Shown here: piece by piece, positions 10,203 to 19,638 of the stretch | Layout: the number at the start of each line of letters is the position of its first letter | Position numbering within the stretch: position 1 is the first letter of the stretch | From: an uncultured Actinomycetes bacterium | Lineage (GTDB): Bacteria > Actinomycetota > UBA4738 > HRBIN12 | Assembly: GCA_963794065.1 (NCBI GenBank) | Contig: CAWCDA010000043.1 | Location: 10,576 to 74,575 of the forward strand | Length of the DNA: 64,000 bases | Reading direction: 5' to 3' | Program-made: the position numbers and the translations under genes | Notes under the pieces: generated by a model | The model's database searches: none | What the model saw: the letters and a program-made list of their open reading frames with translations, nothing else | Told to the model about the DNA's origin: nothing

Positions 10203-10743
10203 CGGCCACCTCCTCTCGAAGCAGATCCGCGAGCCGTCTGCGCGCGTTGAACACGTGCACCTTGGCGGCGGCGTGCGAACACCCGAGGATGTCCGCGACC
10301 TCGGGGAGCGGGCGATCCTCGAAATAGAACAAGGCGACCGCTGCCCGCTGTCGCGTCGGCAGTTGCTTGATCGCGTTCAGCAGGTCGACGTCTCTCGAAA
10401 CGAGGGAGGTGGGCAACGGATCGGTTGCCTGTTCGAGCGCGGGGCGAAGTTGCTCTCGATGGGCAGATCTCGTGGCGATCCGGATGGCGACCCGGCGGAC
10501 CCACGCACCGGGCTGTTGGTATCGAGACACCTTGCTCCAATGCGTGAGGAGCTGGATGAACGCTTCCTGTGCGGCTTCCTCGGCACGCTGGCGATCGTGG
10601 ACGATCAGGTAACACGTTCGAACAACGTGCGGATACTCGGCCCGGTAGAACGCGGCGTACTCGTCCTCGAACCGCACGGCTCGCTCCCGGGCACGCAGAT
10701 GATGTGACGTGTTCTCTCGCGCCGCGCGCCTCGCGGTGCTCAC
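10186..10743 (-). CDS. ECF-type RNA polymerase sigma-70 family factor
   Basis: The ORF is 185 aa. Region 2 reads FYRAEYPHVVRTCYLIVHDRQRAEEAAQEAFIQLL...PGAWVRRVA. Region 4 HTH reads LPTRQRAAVALFYFEDRPLPEVADILGCSHAAAKVHVFNARRRL. Confidence 0.9.
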   Translation of the reverse strand: MSTARRAARENTSHHLRARERAVRFEDEYAAFYRAEYPHVVRTCYLIVHDRQRAEEAAQEAFIQLLTHWSKVSRYQQPGAWVRRVAIRIATRSAHREQLRPALEQATDPLPTSLVSRDVDLLNAIKQLPTRQRAAVALFYFEDRPLPEVADILGCSHAAAKVHVFNARRRLADLLREEVADGDRR

Positions 10744-10813
10744 GCTACTCGCTTCCCGCGTTCACCACCCCTCTTCACAGACCCAGGGCCGACGAAGGGT
10801 TCAAGCATCGCCC

Positions 10814-11971
10814 TCAACTCGTGGCGGGGATCTCCTTCTTCGGGTCGAGGAACGGGATCGGCGTGACGGTGGCGCTCATAGAGCCCTCGGGCGACTCGAT
10901 CTCGACCAGGGTTCCCGCGCCGGCGTGCTCGATCGGCACCCAGGCGTAGCCCATGTTGATATCGAGTCGAGGGGAGTGGCCGGCAGATGTGAGTCGCCCG
11001 ACATGGCTGCCGCCGATGCGCACCGGCCAGAAGTCCTCCAACCACATGCCGAGAGGCGGACCTTCGATCGTCACCCCCACGAGTTTCCGGCTGACGCCCT
11101 CCTTCTTCACCTTCTCCAGCGCGGTGCGGGACACGACCTGGTTGTCGTTGTCCAGCTCCACGAGCCGCTCGAGGCCGGTCACCTCGAACGGGTTGTTGGT
11201 GACGTCCATATCGTTGCCGTAGTTGAAGATCCCCGCCTCCAGGCGACGCTGGTCGCTCGGTGCGGTGACGCGCAGATCGAACTCCTCGCCTGCGCTCACG
11301 ATGGCATCCCACAACTCGAGTGCCCGGCTCGAATCACGCAGATAGACCTCGTAACCGAGCTCGGCGGTCCAGCCGGTCCGGGAGACCACGACGGGGATGC
11401 CGTTGAGCTCGGTTTGCTTGTGCCAGTAGTAGCGCTGGTCGGCCACCTCGTCGCCGAACAGCTTCCGAACGAGCGGCTTCGACGTCGGCCCCTGGATCTG
11501 CAGCGGGCTCACATCGGGCTCGCCGAGCTCGACGTCCATGTTGGCGAACGCCTGGACACCCTTCGCGTAGAGCAAGGCGTCTGAGTCGGCGAGCGACAGC
11601 CAGAAATGATCCTCCGCGAGCTTCAGCAGGATCGGGTCGTTCACGATGCCGCCGTCCGGCGCACAGATCAGCACGTATTTGCACTGCTCGGGCACGGTGG
11701 CCGACAGGTCGCGCGGTGTCAGCAGCTGCGTGAACGCCGCCGCGTCGGGGCCTCTGATCTCGAGCTGCCGCTCGACCGCGACGTCCCACAGGGTCACGTG
11801 GTCGACGAGATGCCAGTACTCCTTGACGTCATCGTCGTAGAGCGTCGGGATCAGCATGTGGTTGTAGAGGTCCCAACTCGTGCAGCCGGCCTCGACCGCC
11901 CGCCGGTGGTACGGCGACTTCTTGTAGTAGGTCGCGTAGTAGAACTTGAACCAGTCGTTCTCCTGCTCCAC
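10814..11971 (-). CDS. Aminomethyltransferase (GcvT/LigM/DmdA-like) family, folate-dependent enzyme
   Basis: The ORF is 385 aa. GcvT-fold motifs include LWDVAVERQLEIRGPDA, SRTGWTAELGYEVY and RLEAGI. It is a paralogue of the canonical gcvT at 53200. Confidence 0.7.
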   Translation of the reverse strand: MEQENDWFKFYYATYYKKSPYHRRAVEAGCTSWDLYNHMLIPTLYDDDVKEYWHLVDHVTLWDVAVERQLEIRGPDAAAFTQLLTPRDLSATVPEQCKYVLICAPDGGIVNDPILLKLAEDHFWLSLADSDALLYAKGVQAFANMDVELGEPDVSPLQIQGPTSKPLVRKLFGDEVADQRYYWHKQTELNGIPVVVSRTGWTAELGYEVYLRDSSRALELWDAIVSAGEEFDLRVTAPSDQRRLEAGIFNYGNDMDVTNNPFEVTGLERLVELDNDNQVVSRTALEKVKKEGVSRKLVGVTIEGPPLGMWLEDFWPVRIGGSHVGRLTSAGHSPRLDINMGYAWVPIEHAGAGTLVEIESPEGSMSATVTPIPFLDPKKEIPATS

Positions 11972-12087
11972 GTTGTTCCCTCCCGCCGCAGATCTGGGCG
12001 CGCTCGAAGTACGTTCTCTCTCGAAGCCTTATACAGGCATCGGGGTGGCGACCGATAACGGGCTGCGGGTGGGCGACGCGGTGGGCG

Positions 12088-12477
12088 CTAGCCTCGGCGG
12101 AAGTACAGCGCCGGGCCGATGGCGTTCTCCCCGGAGTCCCGCCAGCGCACCTTGTACTCGCCGGGTCCCTCGTTCGGGTAATTGCCCGCATGCCGGATGT
12201 TCCAGAAGTACAGGCCGTGGTCCTGGCGCGGTGCGGTCGAGTGGCAGGCCCGCGTCTCTTTCTTCACGCACGCCTGTGCCTTCCCGAAGTAGTTGGCGAA
12301 CGCCCGGATGCTGAAGACGATCGCGCCATCGGCCTTCTTCAGGATCAGGGTGCAGTAGTCGCCGCTCGGGCTGCAGTAGCTGTCGACGACCTTCGAGGCG
12401 GCGCTCGCCGCGGGGATGGCGGTCGAGGACACGACCGCGATCAGGAACAGTGACAGAAGGGTCTTGCTCAGCCTCAT
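12088..12477 (-). CDS. Small secreted Cys-containing protein of unknown function
   Basis: The signal peptide is MRLSKTLLSLFLIAVVSSTAIPAASAAS. GGAGG lies 5 nt upstream of the ATG at 12477. I recognised no family. Confidence 0.55.
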   Translation of the reverse strand: MRLSKTLLSLFLIAVVSSTAIPAASAASKVVDSYCSPSGDYCTLILKKADGAIVFSIRAFANYFGKAQACVKKETRACHSTAPRQDHGLYFWNIRHAGNYPNEGPGEYKVRWRDSGENAIGPALYFRRG

Positions 12478-12500
12478 CGCTACCTCCATCTGGGGTCGAT

Positions 12501-12968
12501 TCAGATCGAAGCGACCCTACCTCCTGGTCCGGCCGCCGCCTCGTCGATAGCGCGCAAGGCCTCCTCGGGCAGTCCCTGGCGCTCGGCGTTGGCGCGGAGC
12601 ATCGCGACGTAGCGCTCGGTGGGACGCACGAAACCTCCATCGGTCCCGACGACGAGTGTCCGGGCGGAGACGGACCCGTCGGGACCCTCGACGCTGACCG
12701 CAACGAGGCCGTGTGTGATCTCGTCGTCGCCTTTGAACGAGTCGAGCGCGGCCGCATCGTCGTCGCCGAGATCCCATAACACGCCCCACATCGAGCCCAG
12801 CGGGTCTGGGATCGCGTTCGCCGCGCCGCCGCCCCACGCGCGACTCGCGACGTTGAATGCGAGCCGATATCCGGGGAGGCGCGCCGGCCCGACCAGTGTT
12901 GCGCCCGGCGCGAACTGGGCCATGCGCTCGGAGCCCATGCGGTCCCCGTAGGCGAAGAAGTAGGTCAT
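12501..12968 (-). CDS. Gamma-glutamylcyclotransferase / AIG2-like family protein
   Basis: An internal ATG gives MTYFFAYGDRM...GYRLAFN...WGVLWDL, typical of the GGCT-like fold. The longer ORF to 13118 would overlap the divergent pirin gene. Confidence 0.65.
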   Translation of the reverse strand: MTYFFAYGDRMGSERMAQFAPGATLVGPARLPGYRLAFNVASRAWGGGAANAIPDPLGSMWGVLWDLGDDDAAALDSFKGDDEITHGLVAVSVEGPDGSVSARTLVVGTDGGFVRPTERYVAMLRANAERQGLPEEALRAIDEAAAGPGGRVASI

Positions 12969-12987
12969 GTCGCTATGGTAACGACCG

Positions 12988-13719
12988 ATGCTGGAGATAC
13001 GACGCGACGCGGAGATCCACGCCGAGGAGGGCGGCTGGTTCGCCGCCCGTTGGCATTTCTCCTTCGATCGGTACCGCGATCCGAACCACATGGGGATCGG
13101 GCCGCTGCGCGTGTTCAACGACGACCGCCTGGTCGCCGGCGCGGACTGGCCGATGCACCCGCACGCCGACGTCGAGGGGCTGACCTACGTCGTGGAGGGC
13201 ATCTTCGCCCACGCCGATTCACTGGGGAACGGGGGACAGCTCCTGCCCGGCGGCGTGCAGCGGATGACGCTGGGCTCGGGCGCCCTGCACTCCGAGCGGA
13301 ACGGCTCCGAGACCGAGCCGATGCGCTTCCTGCAGTTCTGGATCCTGCCCGACACACCAGGGCTGGAACCCGACCTGCAGCAGCGGCAGTTCACCCGCGA
13401 CGATCGGCACAACGTCCTCCTCGAGGTGATCGGCCCACAAGGTGGCGACGTCGTCAAGGTGCATCAGGACGCGCGCACCTACGTCGCCGCGCTCGACCTT
13501 GGCGTCGAGGTGGCCCACGGGTTCGGGGCCGAGCGTGCGGGCTACCTGTACGTCATCGGCGGGGCGGCGGAGCTCGGGGGAACGGATCGAGTGGGGGCCG
13601 GCGACGCGGTGAAGATCGCCGGTCCCGAGCAGGTCCGTCTCCGCGCGGTCCAGGAGACCGAGCTCATCTTGATCGACGTGCCGGCGGCGTACACGCCCGT
13701 CGGTGTCTGGAGTCGTTGA
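12988..13719 (+). CDS. Pirin family protein (YhhW/quercetinase-like bicupin)
   Basis: The ORF is 243 aa. Motifs: GWFAARWHFSFDRY, HPHADVEGLTYVVEG and LQFWILP. Confidence 0.85.
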   Translation: MLEIRRDAEIHAEEGGWFAARWHFSFDRYRDPNHMGIGPLRVFNDDRLVAGADWPMHPHADVEGLTYVVEGIFAHADSLGNGGQLLPGGVQRMTLGSGALHSERNGSETEPMRFLQFWILPDTPGLEPDLQQRQFTRDDRHNVLLEVIGPQGGDVVKVHQDARTYVAALDLGVEVAHGFGAERAGYLYVIGGAAELGGTDRVGAGDAVKIAGPEQVRLRAVQETELILIDVPAAYTPVGVWSR

Positions 13720-13824
13720 AGGTCCCAGTCGGAACGGGCCCGTCGCCCCGTGCCGTCCAGATCCGGCGGTGACAGCGTGGAGACGTGGCCGTTGAGAGCG
13801 GCCGAGGACATAGGAGGTGTCGTG

Positions 13825-14331
13825 ATGTCGACAACCATCCGGCAAGAAGCAACCGTCGGGCACGTGACGAGCGAGCAGGTGTGGCGCGCGCTCGACAAGG
13901 CGTCCTTCGCCGTCCTCAGCTACGCCACGCCGTCGGGCGAACCCCGATCCAGCGGGGTCGTCTACAAGGTGCTCGACCGGCGTCTGTACGTGGCTGTCGC
14001 TCCCGACGGCTGGAAGGCGAATCACATCGATATGGCGGGTCGCGTCGCGGTGACGGTGACCGTGCGTCGAGGCGGTCTTCTGTCGCTCGTCGCGCCGATC
14101 CCGCCCGCGACCGTGAGTTTCCACGCGAGCGCGCGTGTTTACGCACCAGGCTCAGCCGAGTCGCGCTCGCTCGCGGCGGCCCTGGGATCGTTGCTGCCGA
14201 AGGAGCGCCAGGAGTCCGCTTCGATCATCGAGATCGTCCCCGAAGGGATGTTCGTGACCTACGCGATCGACGTGCCCTTGCGCAAGATGCGTGACCCCGA
14301 TGCCTCGAGGGCACGGATGCCGGTGTCGTAG
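13825..14331 (+). CDS. Pyridoxamine 5'-phosphate oxidase-like (FMN/F420-binding split-barrel) protein
   Basis: An internal ATG is preceded by AGGAGG at 13812-13817. The sequence VTSEQVWRALDKASFAVLSYATPSGEPRSSGVVY is typical of the PPOX-class barrel. Confidence 0.6.
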   Translation: MSTTIRQEATVGHVTSEQVWRALDKASFAVLSYATPSGEPRSSGVVYKVLDRRLYVAVAPDGWKANHIDMAGRVAVTVTVRRGGLLSLVAPIPPATVSFHASARVYAPGSAESRSLAAALGSLLPKERQESASIIEIVPEGMFVTYAIDVPLRKMRDPDASRARMPVS

Positions 14332-14422
14332 AGCGATCCACTCGGTCAGGGCACCTCCAGGGTGACGGGTCTTCGTAGGCGGGCGATACTGCCGCTTCAC
14401 GACCAGGAGGTGTCGCGGAGCG

Positions 14423-15214
14423 ATGTCGGTCGATGCCCAGAGACCCAGGCTCGAATGCGATGGACGAACCGCCACCCTGGAACAGGTCTGGGCGCTGGAT
14501 CTGAGCCCGTCCGGTCATTTCACGGCGATGCAGGTCAGAGGCGGACGGACCCTCGGTCTGGACTTCCATCTGGCTCGTCTCGACGCCGCGACACGGGAGC
14601 TGTTCGGCGCTGGACTCGACGGCTCGGTCGTGCGCGCGTACATCCGGCACGCGCTGGCCGATGACATCGAGGACGCGACGGTCCGCGTCAACGTGTTCAA
14701 GCCAGATGCCGCGGGCGACGCATCCGTGATGGTCAGCGTGCGTCCGCCCGCGCCCGCACCGTCCGATCCCCTGCGCCTGCAAGCGGTCGAGTACCAGCGC
14801 CCACGGGCCCACATCAAGCACGCCTCCGGGTTCGGGCAGGGCTACTTCTCCGGGCTCGCGCAGGCCAACGGCTTCGACGAAGCATTGTTCGTCGGGCCCG
14901 ACGGACGGATCGCCGAAGGCGCGATCACCAACATCGGATTCGCGGCGCCCGACTCGATCGTGTGGCCCGACGCGCCGTGGTTGCACGGCGTGATGATGCA
15001 GGTGCTGCAACGTGAGCTCGATCGCGCCCACATCGAGTGGCGCTACGAGCCGGTGCGGATCGCCGACGTGGCGTCGTTCGACGGAGCCTTCGTCACGAAC
15101 TCTCGAGGGTTCGCATCGGTGGCGCGCATCGACGATCTCGTGCTCCCGACCGATGCGGCGCTGTCCCGCACCGCGAAACAGCTGATCGCGGCCGCACCGT
15201 TCGATCAGCTCTAA
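14423..15214 (+). CDS. Class IV aminotransferase fold protein (branched-chain/D-amino-acid aminotransferase or ADC lyase-like)
   Basis: The ORF is 263 aa. It carries the HLARL motif, a candidate catalytic Lys in AHIKHA, and EGAITNI. Confidence 0.7.
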   Translation: MSVDAQRPRLECDGRTATLEQVWALDLSPSGHFTAMQVRGGRTLGLDFHLARLDAATRELFGAGLDGSVVRAYIRHALADDIEDATVRVNVFKPDAAGDASVMVSVRPPAPAPSDPLRLQAVEYQRPRAHIKHASGFGQGYFSGLAQANGFDEALFVGPDGRIAEGAITNIGFAAPDSIVWPDAPWLHGVMMQVLQRELDRAHIEWRYEPVRIADVASFDGAFVTNSRGFASVARIDDLVLPTDAALSRTAKQLIAAAPFDQL

Positions 15215-15227
15215 GCTGCCGAGCTCG

Positions 15228-15737
15228 TCAGGATGTCGGTTCGATCTCGATGACCGTGCCCTGCTGCACGCCGAAGTCCCACACGTCGATGAAGGGCGGC
15301 TCGATGCCGAGGGTGGTCAGGGCGGTGCAGATCTGGCTGCGATGATCGGTGCCGTGATGGATCGCCTGGGCGAGCCGGATGCCGATCGGAGCTTCGGTCG
15401 ACGAGCCATCATCGCGTCTGCGGATCAGCATGGTCTCGGGGTCAGGGTTCTGGGCCAACAGCTGCGACCAGGCGTCGCCGTGCCGCGCCATCGCGTCGTG
15501 CAACGCCGGCAGATCCATCTGATCCTCGTCGATGCGGGGGACCAGGCCGCCCGTCGTGACGAACAGATACGAGGCGTCGGCGCCCACCAGGTGTCGCTGT
15601 GTATCGAGGATCGAGCCGTATGTGCCCGGTACCGCCGTCGCGAGCTGTTCGGCCGTGAGTTGTCGACAGACATCGAGCAACGTCAGCGTTGCCCACACGT
15701 GGTGTCCGTACGCGTCTTCGAGCAGCGATCTCGGCAT
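15228..15737 (-). CDS. DinB-fold family protein
   Basis: From the internal ATG the sequence reads MPRSLLEDAYGHHVWATLTLLDVC...AIHHGTDHRSQI, a DinB four-helix His triad pattern. The ORF is open further upstream to 15959 (see findings). Confidence 0.7.
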   Translation of the reverse strand: MPRSLLEDAYGHHVWATLTLLDVCRQLTAEQLATAVPGTYGSILDTQRHLVGADASYLFVTTGGLVPRIDEDQMDLPALHDAMARHGDAWSQLLAQNPDPETMLIRRRDDGSSTEAPIGIRLAQAIHHGTDHRSQICTALTTLGIEPPFIDVWDFGVQQGTVIEIEPTS

Positions 15738-16009
15738 GGACTCACCGTAGCAAACATCAACGCCGGCCCTCGTGGCCGACCTACGCGTCGCGACGAGGTG
15801 GGCGGCTGCGGCCAAGAAGAGCTGAAGCTGCGATTGGTCGTAGCCAGTGTATGAACGCCTGAAGGTCCTGCTCCGGATCTGCTCGAAGCTCAGTGGCCAG
15901 TCGTCGGAGGGGCGCCACGGTTGGTGTTGCGGACACCGTTCTGCGAGGGACGTTGGCATCGAACGGGGTCGAAGGGGGTTCCTTCCGTCGTCTCTTCATC
16001 GCGACCTCC

Positions 16010-17908
16010 TCACGTGGCGCAGTGGTCGCCGGGCGAAGGAGGAACATCGAGCGCGGGACTTCGGTCGAAGAAGCCGCGTGGCCGCAGCGAGAAGCCGATC
16101 GTGACCACCGGCATGACCGGCCAGTCTTCGGGACGAGGTATGTGGTGGGCGCCGAAGGTGTACCAGAGCACCACATCGGTCGCCTCGATCGAACGATCCG
16201 CCGCCGTCCACGCCGGGAGCCCGTCTCCACCGGGGTGACCGTTCGGGTACTCGCCGGCGGCGTAGCGCTCGCCCGGATCGAACGGCGTCACCCACAGATG
16301 GTGCTCCACGAACCCGGCGCGTCGGCGGAAACTCGAGCCCGGCGCGGCGAACACCTGCACGTTGTCACCCGGCACGAGGTCGAAGGCGACCGGCTGGCCG
16401 AGGCCGTTGCGAACCTCGGGGTTCACGACACGCCAGGAGCGGGCTCGCAGCGGGTCGACGCTCCGGCGCGCTTCCACCTCGGTGCGCAGGAGCCGCTCCT
16501 CGGCGTGAAACGCGTTGTCGTAAGGATTGGCGGGCCCCGGTTCGTCGGCCGTGGTCTGCACCTCGTAGACCGAGTTCCGGTCGCCGTCGATCGTCATGTC
16601 CAGGCGCATGTTGAAGAAGTGCTGGTGCACCGGGGCCGACACGAGCGGCGCGACAACGGTGCCATGCACGGGATCCTCGCCGGGCGCGAGGCCGCGCGTG
16701 TGCACGACGCCGGTGAGCTTGACCTCCGACTGGATCGTGCCGTCCTGGTACAGGTACCAATAGAAGCCGTACTCGTAGTTGCCGACGGTCGCGATCGAGG
16801 AGATCACCATCCGCCGGGACCGTCGCGTCTCACCGAGCCCCGTCCGCCAATCGAGGTGCTTCCAGAGCAGGCCGTCGTCCTCTTCGTGCAGGCAGATCGC
16901 ATTGCGGAGGGTCCTGACCCGCCCATGGGAATCGGCCAGCGACACGTCGAGGTAGCGGATCTCGCCGAGACAGTCGCACCCGAGCTCCAGCGAGTCTGTG
17001 AGTGGCCCCAGGCCGTGCTCGCCGACGTCGAAGGCGTTCTTGAAGAACACGGTCGGGCTCGGATCGCCGTAGGGGATGACCATCTCGCTGCATGACGCGC
17101 GGTGCACGATGGGACGCACCCGCCCGTCCTCCTCGTAGCCGATCATGTGCAGGACGAGCCCTTCTCGCGGCGTGAAGCCGATCCGCAGCCGCCACTTCTG
17201 CCACCGCAGGCCGAACCCGTCCAACTCGAAGCTGGGTCCTTCCGGCTGGACGATCTCGATCGGTCGGAGATCGTCGCGGAGAGGGCCGACGTCGTTTGCG
17301 CCGTAGTTCCCGTCCTGGGGCGCGAGCGGCACGACACCGTGGTCGTCGACCCGCAGGACGCTCATCGCGTTCAGGTCGACGAGTGCCACGAGCCCCTCGA
17401 TCGGCCGCGCGTATCCGTTGTCCGTGGGCCCGTGGCGGTACCAGGAGAGGCCTTTGGCCACGCGCCCCTCCGTGTCGGTCGTGCCGAAGTTCCCGGCAGA
17501 CCAGATGTCGACCATCACGGCCTCGACATCGCTGATCCCTCGTTGCGAGAGCGCATCCGTGAACGCCGGGTCGGCCTTGATCACCGCCTCGGCCTCGACC
17601 GCCTCGTCGGGATGGATCGCCGGATGCACGCCCTCAACTTCTCGTCTCGTCTCGATCTGACCGGCGGCGAGGGCGATGACCACCTCGATAGTCCTGCCGG
17701 CGTCCGGATCGAGCACGATCGCGAACGCCCGCCGCCGAGGCACCGCACCGGTCGCGTAGCGGCGAAGCTCTGCCTTGGATGGTTCGACGAGCTCCAGCGC
17801 GATCAGTCGGTGTTCGTCGGTGAGGTCCCCCGAAGCTCGGAGCGCCGCGACCCCGGCGGCGAGCTCCGCAGGATCGAGCGGATCGAGGGGGTGGGTCACG
17901 GGCGTCAT
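16010..17908 (-). CDS. Copper-containing primary amine oxidase (TPQ cofactor)
   Basis: It is 632 aa from the ATG at 17908. It has the TPQ consensus TVGNYEYGFYW and copper His ligands in VHQHFF and GAHHIPRPEDWPVMP. The length matches bacterial CuAOs. The longer ORF to 18853 is an upstream read-through. Confidence 0.9.
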   Translation of the reverse strand: MTPVTHPLDPLDPAELAAGVAALRASGDLTDEHRLIALELVEPSKAELRRYATGAVPRRRAFAIVLDPDAGRTIEVVIALAAGQIETRREVEGVHPAIHPDEAVEAEAVIKADPAFTDALSQRGISDVEAVMVDIWSAGNFGTTDTEGRVAKGLSWYRHGPTDNGYARPIEGLVALVDLNAMSVLRVDDHGVVPLAPQDGNYGANDVGPLRDDLRPIEIVQPEGPSFELDGFGLRWQKWRLRIGFTPREGLVLHMIGYEEDGRVRPIVHRASCSEMVIPYGDPSPTVFFKNAFDVGEHGLGPLTDSLELGCDCLGEIRYLDVSLADSHGRVRTLRNAICLHEEDDGLLWKHLDWRTGLGETRRSRRMVISSIATVGNYEYGFYWYLYQDGTIQSEVKLTGVVHTRGLAPGEDPVHGTVVAPLVSAPVHQHFFNMRLDMTIDGDRNSVYEVQTTADEPGPANPYDNAFHAEERLLRTEVEARRSVDPLRARSWRVVNPEVRNGLGQPVAFDLVPGDNVQVFAAPGSSFRRRAGFVEHHLWVTPFDPGERYAAGEYPNGHPGGDGLPAWTAADRSIEATDVVLWYTFGAHHIPRPEDWPVMPVVTIGFSLRPRGFFDRSPALDVPPSPGDHCAT

Positions 17909-17983
17909 GCCGCGACAGGGTAATCCACGCACCATCCGCTCTCGGCTCCGTGCAGACGGTCGGTCCCGGCCTACGATGCGCCG

Positions 17984-19561
17984 GTGGATCGGCGGGAGTT
18001 CCTGCGTCGAAGCGGGGTCGTGGCCCTCGGGGCGTCGGTGTTGCCGGTCGTCTCCTCGTGCACGAGTGGATCGGGAGCCACGACCTCGGTGGCGGCGCGC
18101 CCGACCGGCTCGATCACGGCGACGGCGACGCCGGCGGACTGGCGCGGGCTCGCCGAGGGTCTCGACGGCACGCTCTATCGGCCGGCGACACCCGGCTATC
18201 GGGTCGCGTCGATGCTGTTCGACCCGCGCTTCGACGCTTCGCATCCGCGGGCGGTCGTCCGATGCGCGTCGCCGAGCGACGTCCAACGCTCGATCGCGTT
18301 CGCGCGCGAGCACTCGATCCCGATCGCCGCGCGCTCCGGTGGGCACAGCTACGGTGGCTACTCCACGGGACCCGGGATCGTGATCGACGTGTCCGGCATG
18401 GCGAGCGTTCGGCGCTCGCCGGGGAGCGTGCGGGTCGGCGCGGGGACGCGCCTGATCGACCTCTATGCGTCGCTCGGCCCCGCCGGCGTCGCCGTGCCCG
18501 GTGGCACCTGCCCGACTGTCGGCATCGCCGGCCTCACCCTCGGCGGCGGCCAGGGCGTTATCGGTCGGAAGCACGGCCTCACCTGCGACACCCTGACGGA
18601 GGTCGACGTCGTCACGGCCGACGGCACCCTCAGACGGTGCTCGTCTCGCGACGAGCCGGACCTGTTCTGGGCCAGCCGCGGTGGGGGCGGTGGCAATTTC
18701 GGGGTGGCGACGGCGTTCACGTTTCGAACCGAACCGATCGGCCAGGTGGTCGTCTTCACGCTGGACTGGCCGTGGGCGGCCGCCGCCGACGTGGTGGACG
18801 CGTGGCAGCGATGGGCGCCATCGGCGCCGGATGAGTTGTGGTCTAACTGCCACCTCGTGTATCGGAGCGCAGGCGGACCGTCGGTCTCCGTGAACGGCGT
18901 TCTCATCGGTCCGACGACCGCTCTGACGCCGCAGCTGGACGCGCTCACGCGTGCGGTTGGCTCGTCGCCGTCAGCCACGTACGTGACGCCGATGACCTAC
19001 GCGGGGGCGATGATGTTCGAGGCGGGGTGCGCCGACCGCACGGTGGCGCAATGCCACCTTCCGGCGCAGAACCCCGCGGGATCGCTCCAGCGCGAATCGA
19101 ACATCGTGACGTCCGACTTCTACGACACGTTGGTGCCGAGCTCCGGTGTGCAGGCGATGGTCGACGCCGTGCAGGGGCGCGCGGACGACTCGGTCCTGCG
19201 CGTGAGCACGGGCGGCGTCCTGCTCGACGCGTTCGGCGGCGCGATCAACCGCGTGCCGCCGGACGCGACCGCCTTCGTCCATCGCTCGTCGCGCTTCCTC
19301 GCGCAGAGTTTCGCGACGTTGCCCACCGGTGCTTCGGCAACCGTGACGGCAGGCAATCAGCGATGGCTCCAGGCGTTCTGGCGCTCGATGCGACTCTGGG
19401 CCAGCGGGTTCGCGTATCAGAACTACATCGACCCGAATCTTCGGGATTGGCAGCACGCGTACTACGGCACGAACCTCGGCCGGCTCGTCGACGTGAAGAC
19501 GGCCTACGACCCCGACGACGTCTTTCGGTTCGCCCAGAGCATCCCCGTCGACGAGGGCTGA
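17984..19561 (+). CDS. FAD-linked oxidase with BBE-like C-terminal domain, Tat-exported probable lipoprotein
   Basis: The twin-arginine signal is MDRREFLRRSG, followed by a lipobox-like VVSSC. The FAD_binding_4 motif reads ARSGGHSYGGYS, and the BBE end reads YQNYIDPNL...YDPDDVFRFAQSI. Confidence 0.85.
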   Translation: MDRREFLRRSGVVALGASVLPVVSSCTSGSGATTSVAARPTGSITATATPADWRGLAEGLDGTLYRPATPGYRVASMLFDPRFDASHPRAVVRCASPSDVQRSIAFAREHSIPIAARSGGHSYGGYSTGPGIVIDVSGMASVRRSPGSVRVGAGTRLIDLYASLGPAGVAVPGGTCPTVGIAGLTLGGGQGVIGRKHGLTCDTLTEVDVVTADGTLRRCSSRDEPDLFWASRGGGGGNFGVATAFTFRTEPIGQVVVFTLDWPWAAAADVVDAWQRWAPSAPDELWSNCHLVYRSAGGPSVSVNGVLIGPTTALTPQLDALTRAVGSSPSATYVTPMTYAGAMMFEAGCADRTVAQCHLPAQNPAGSLQRESNIVTSDFYDTLVPSSGVQAMVDAVQGRADDSVLRVSTGGVLLDAFGGAINRVPPDATAFVHRSSRFLAQSFATLPTGASATVTAGNQRWLQAFWRSMRLWASGFAYQNYIDPNLRDWQHAYYGTNLGRLVDVKTAYDPDDVFRFAQSIPVDEG

Positions 19562-19638
19562 GACCCCGAGGGTCACGCTGCGGAACCGGCGAGATGTCCG
19601 AGGCCGTCGGGGGCGGCATGCGATAGCGTGCCGGTGCG

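Noticed and set aside
10744-10813. ECF-type autoregulatory promoter (TGAAC ... GTC) upstream of the sigma gene.
   Set aside because: The matches are short and spacing is ambiguous. The gene may simply be co-transcribed with the upstream GcvT-family gene. Not supportable by eye.
16010-18853. 947-aa version of the amine oxidase ORF, and the long N-terminal extensions of the kinase (to 41694), E1 beta (to 50982), E1 alpha (to 52232), lpd (to 53233), SufB (from 57908) and the Flp ORF (from 30763).
   Set aside because: The extensions overlap well-supported neighbouring genes and have junk composition. Internal starts with Shine-Dalgarno sequences, or stop/start overlaps, give family-typical lengths.
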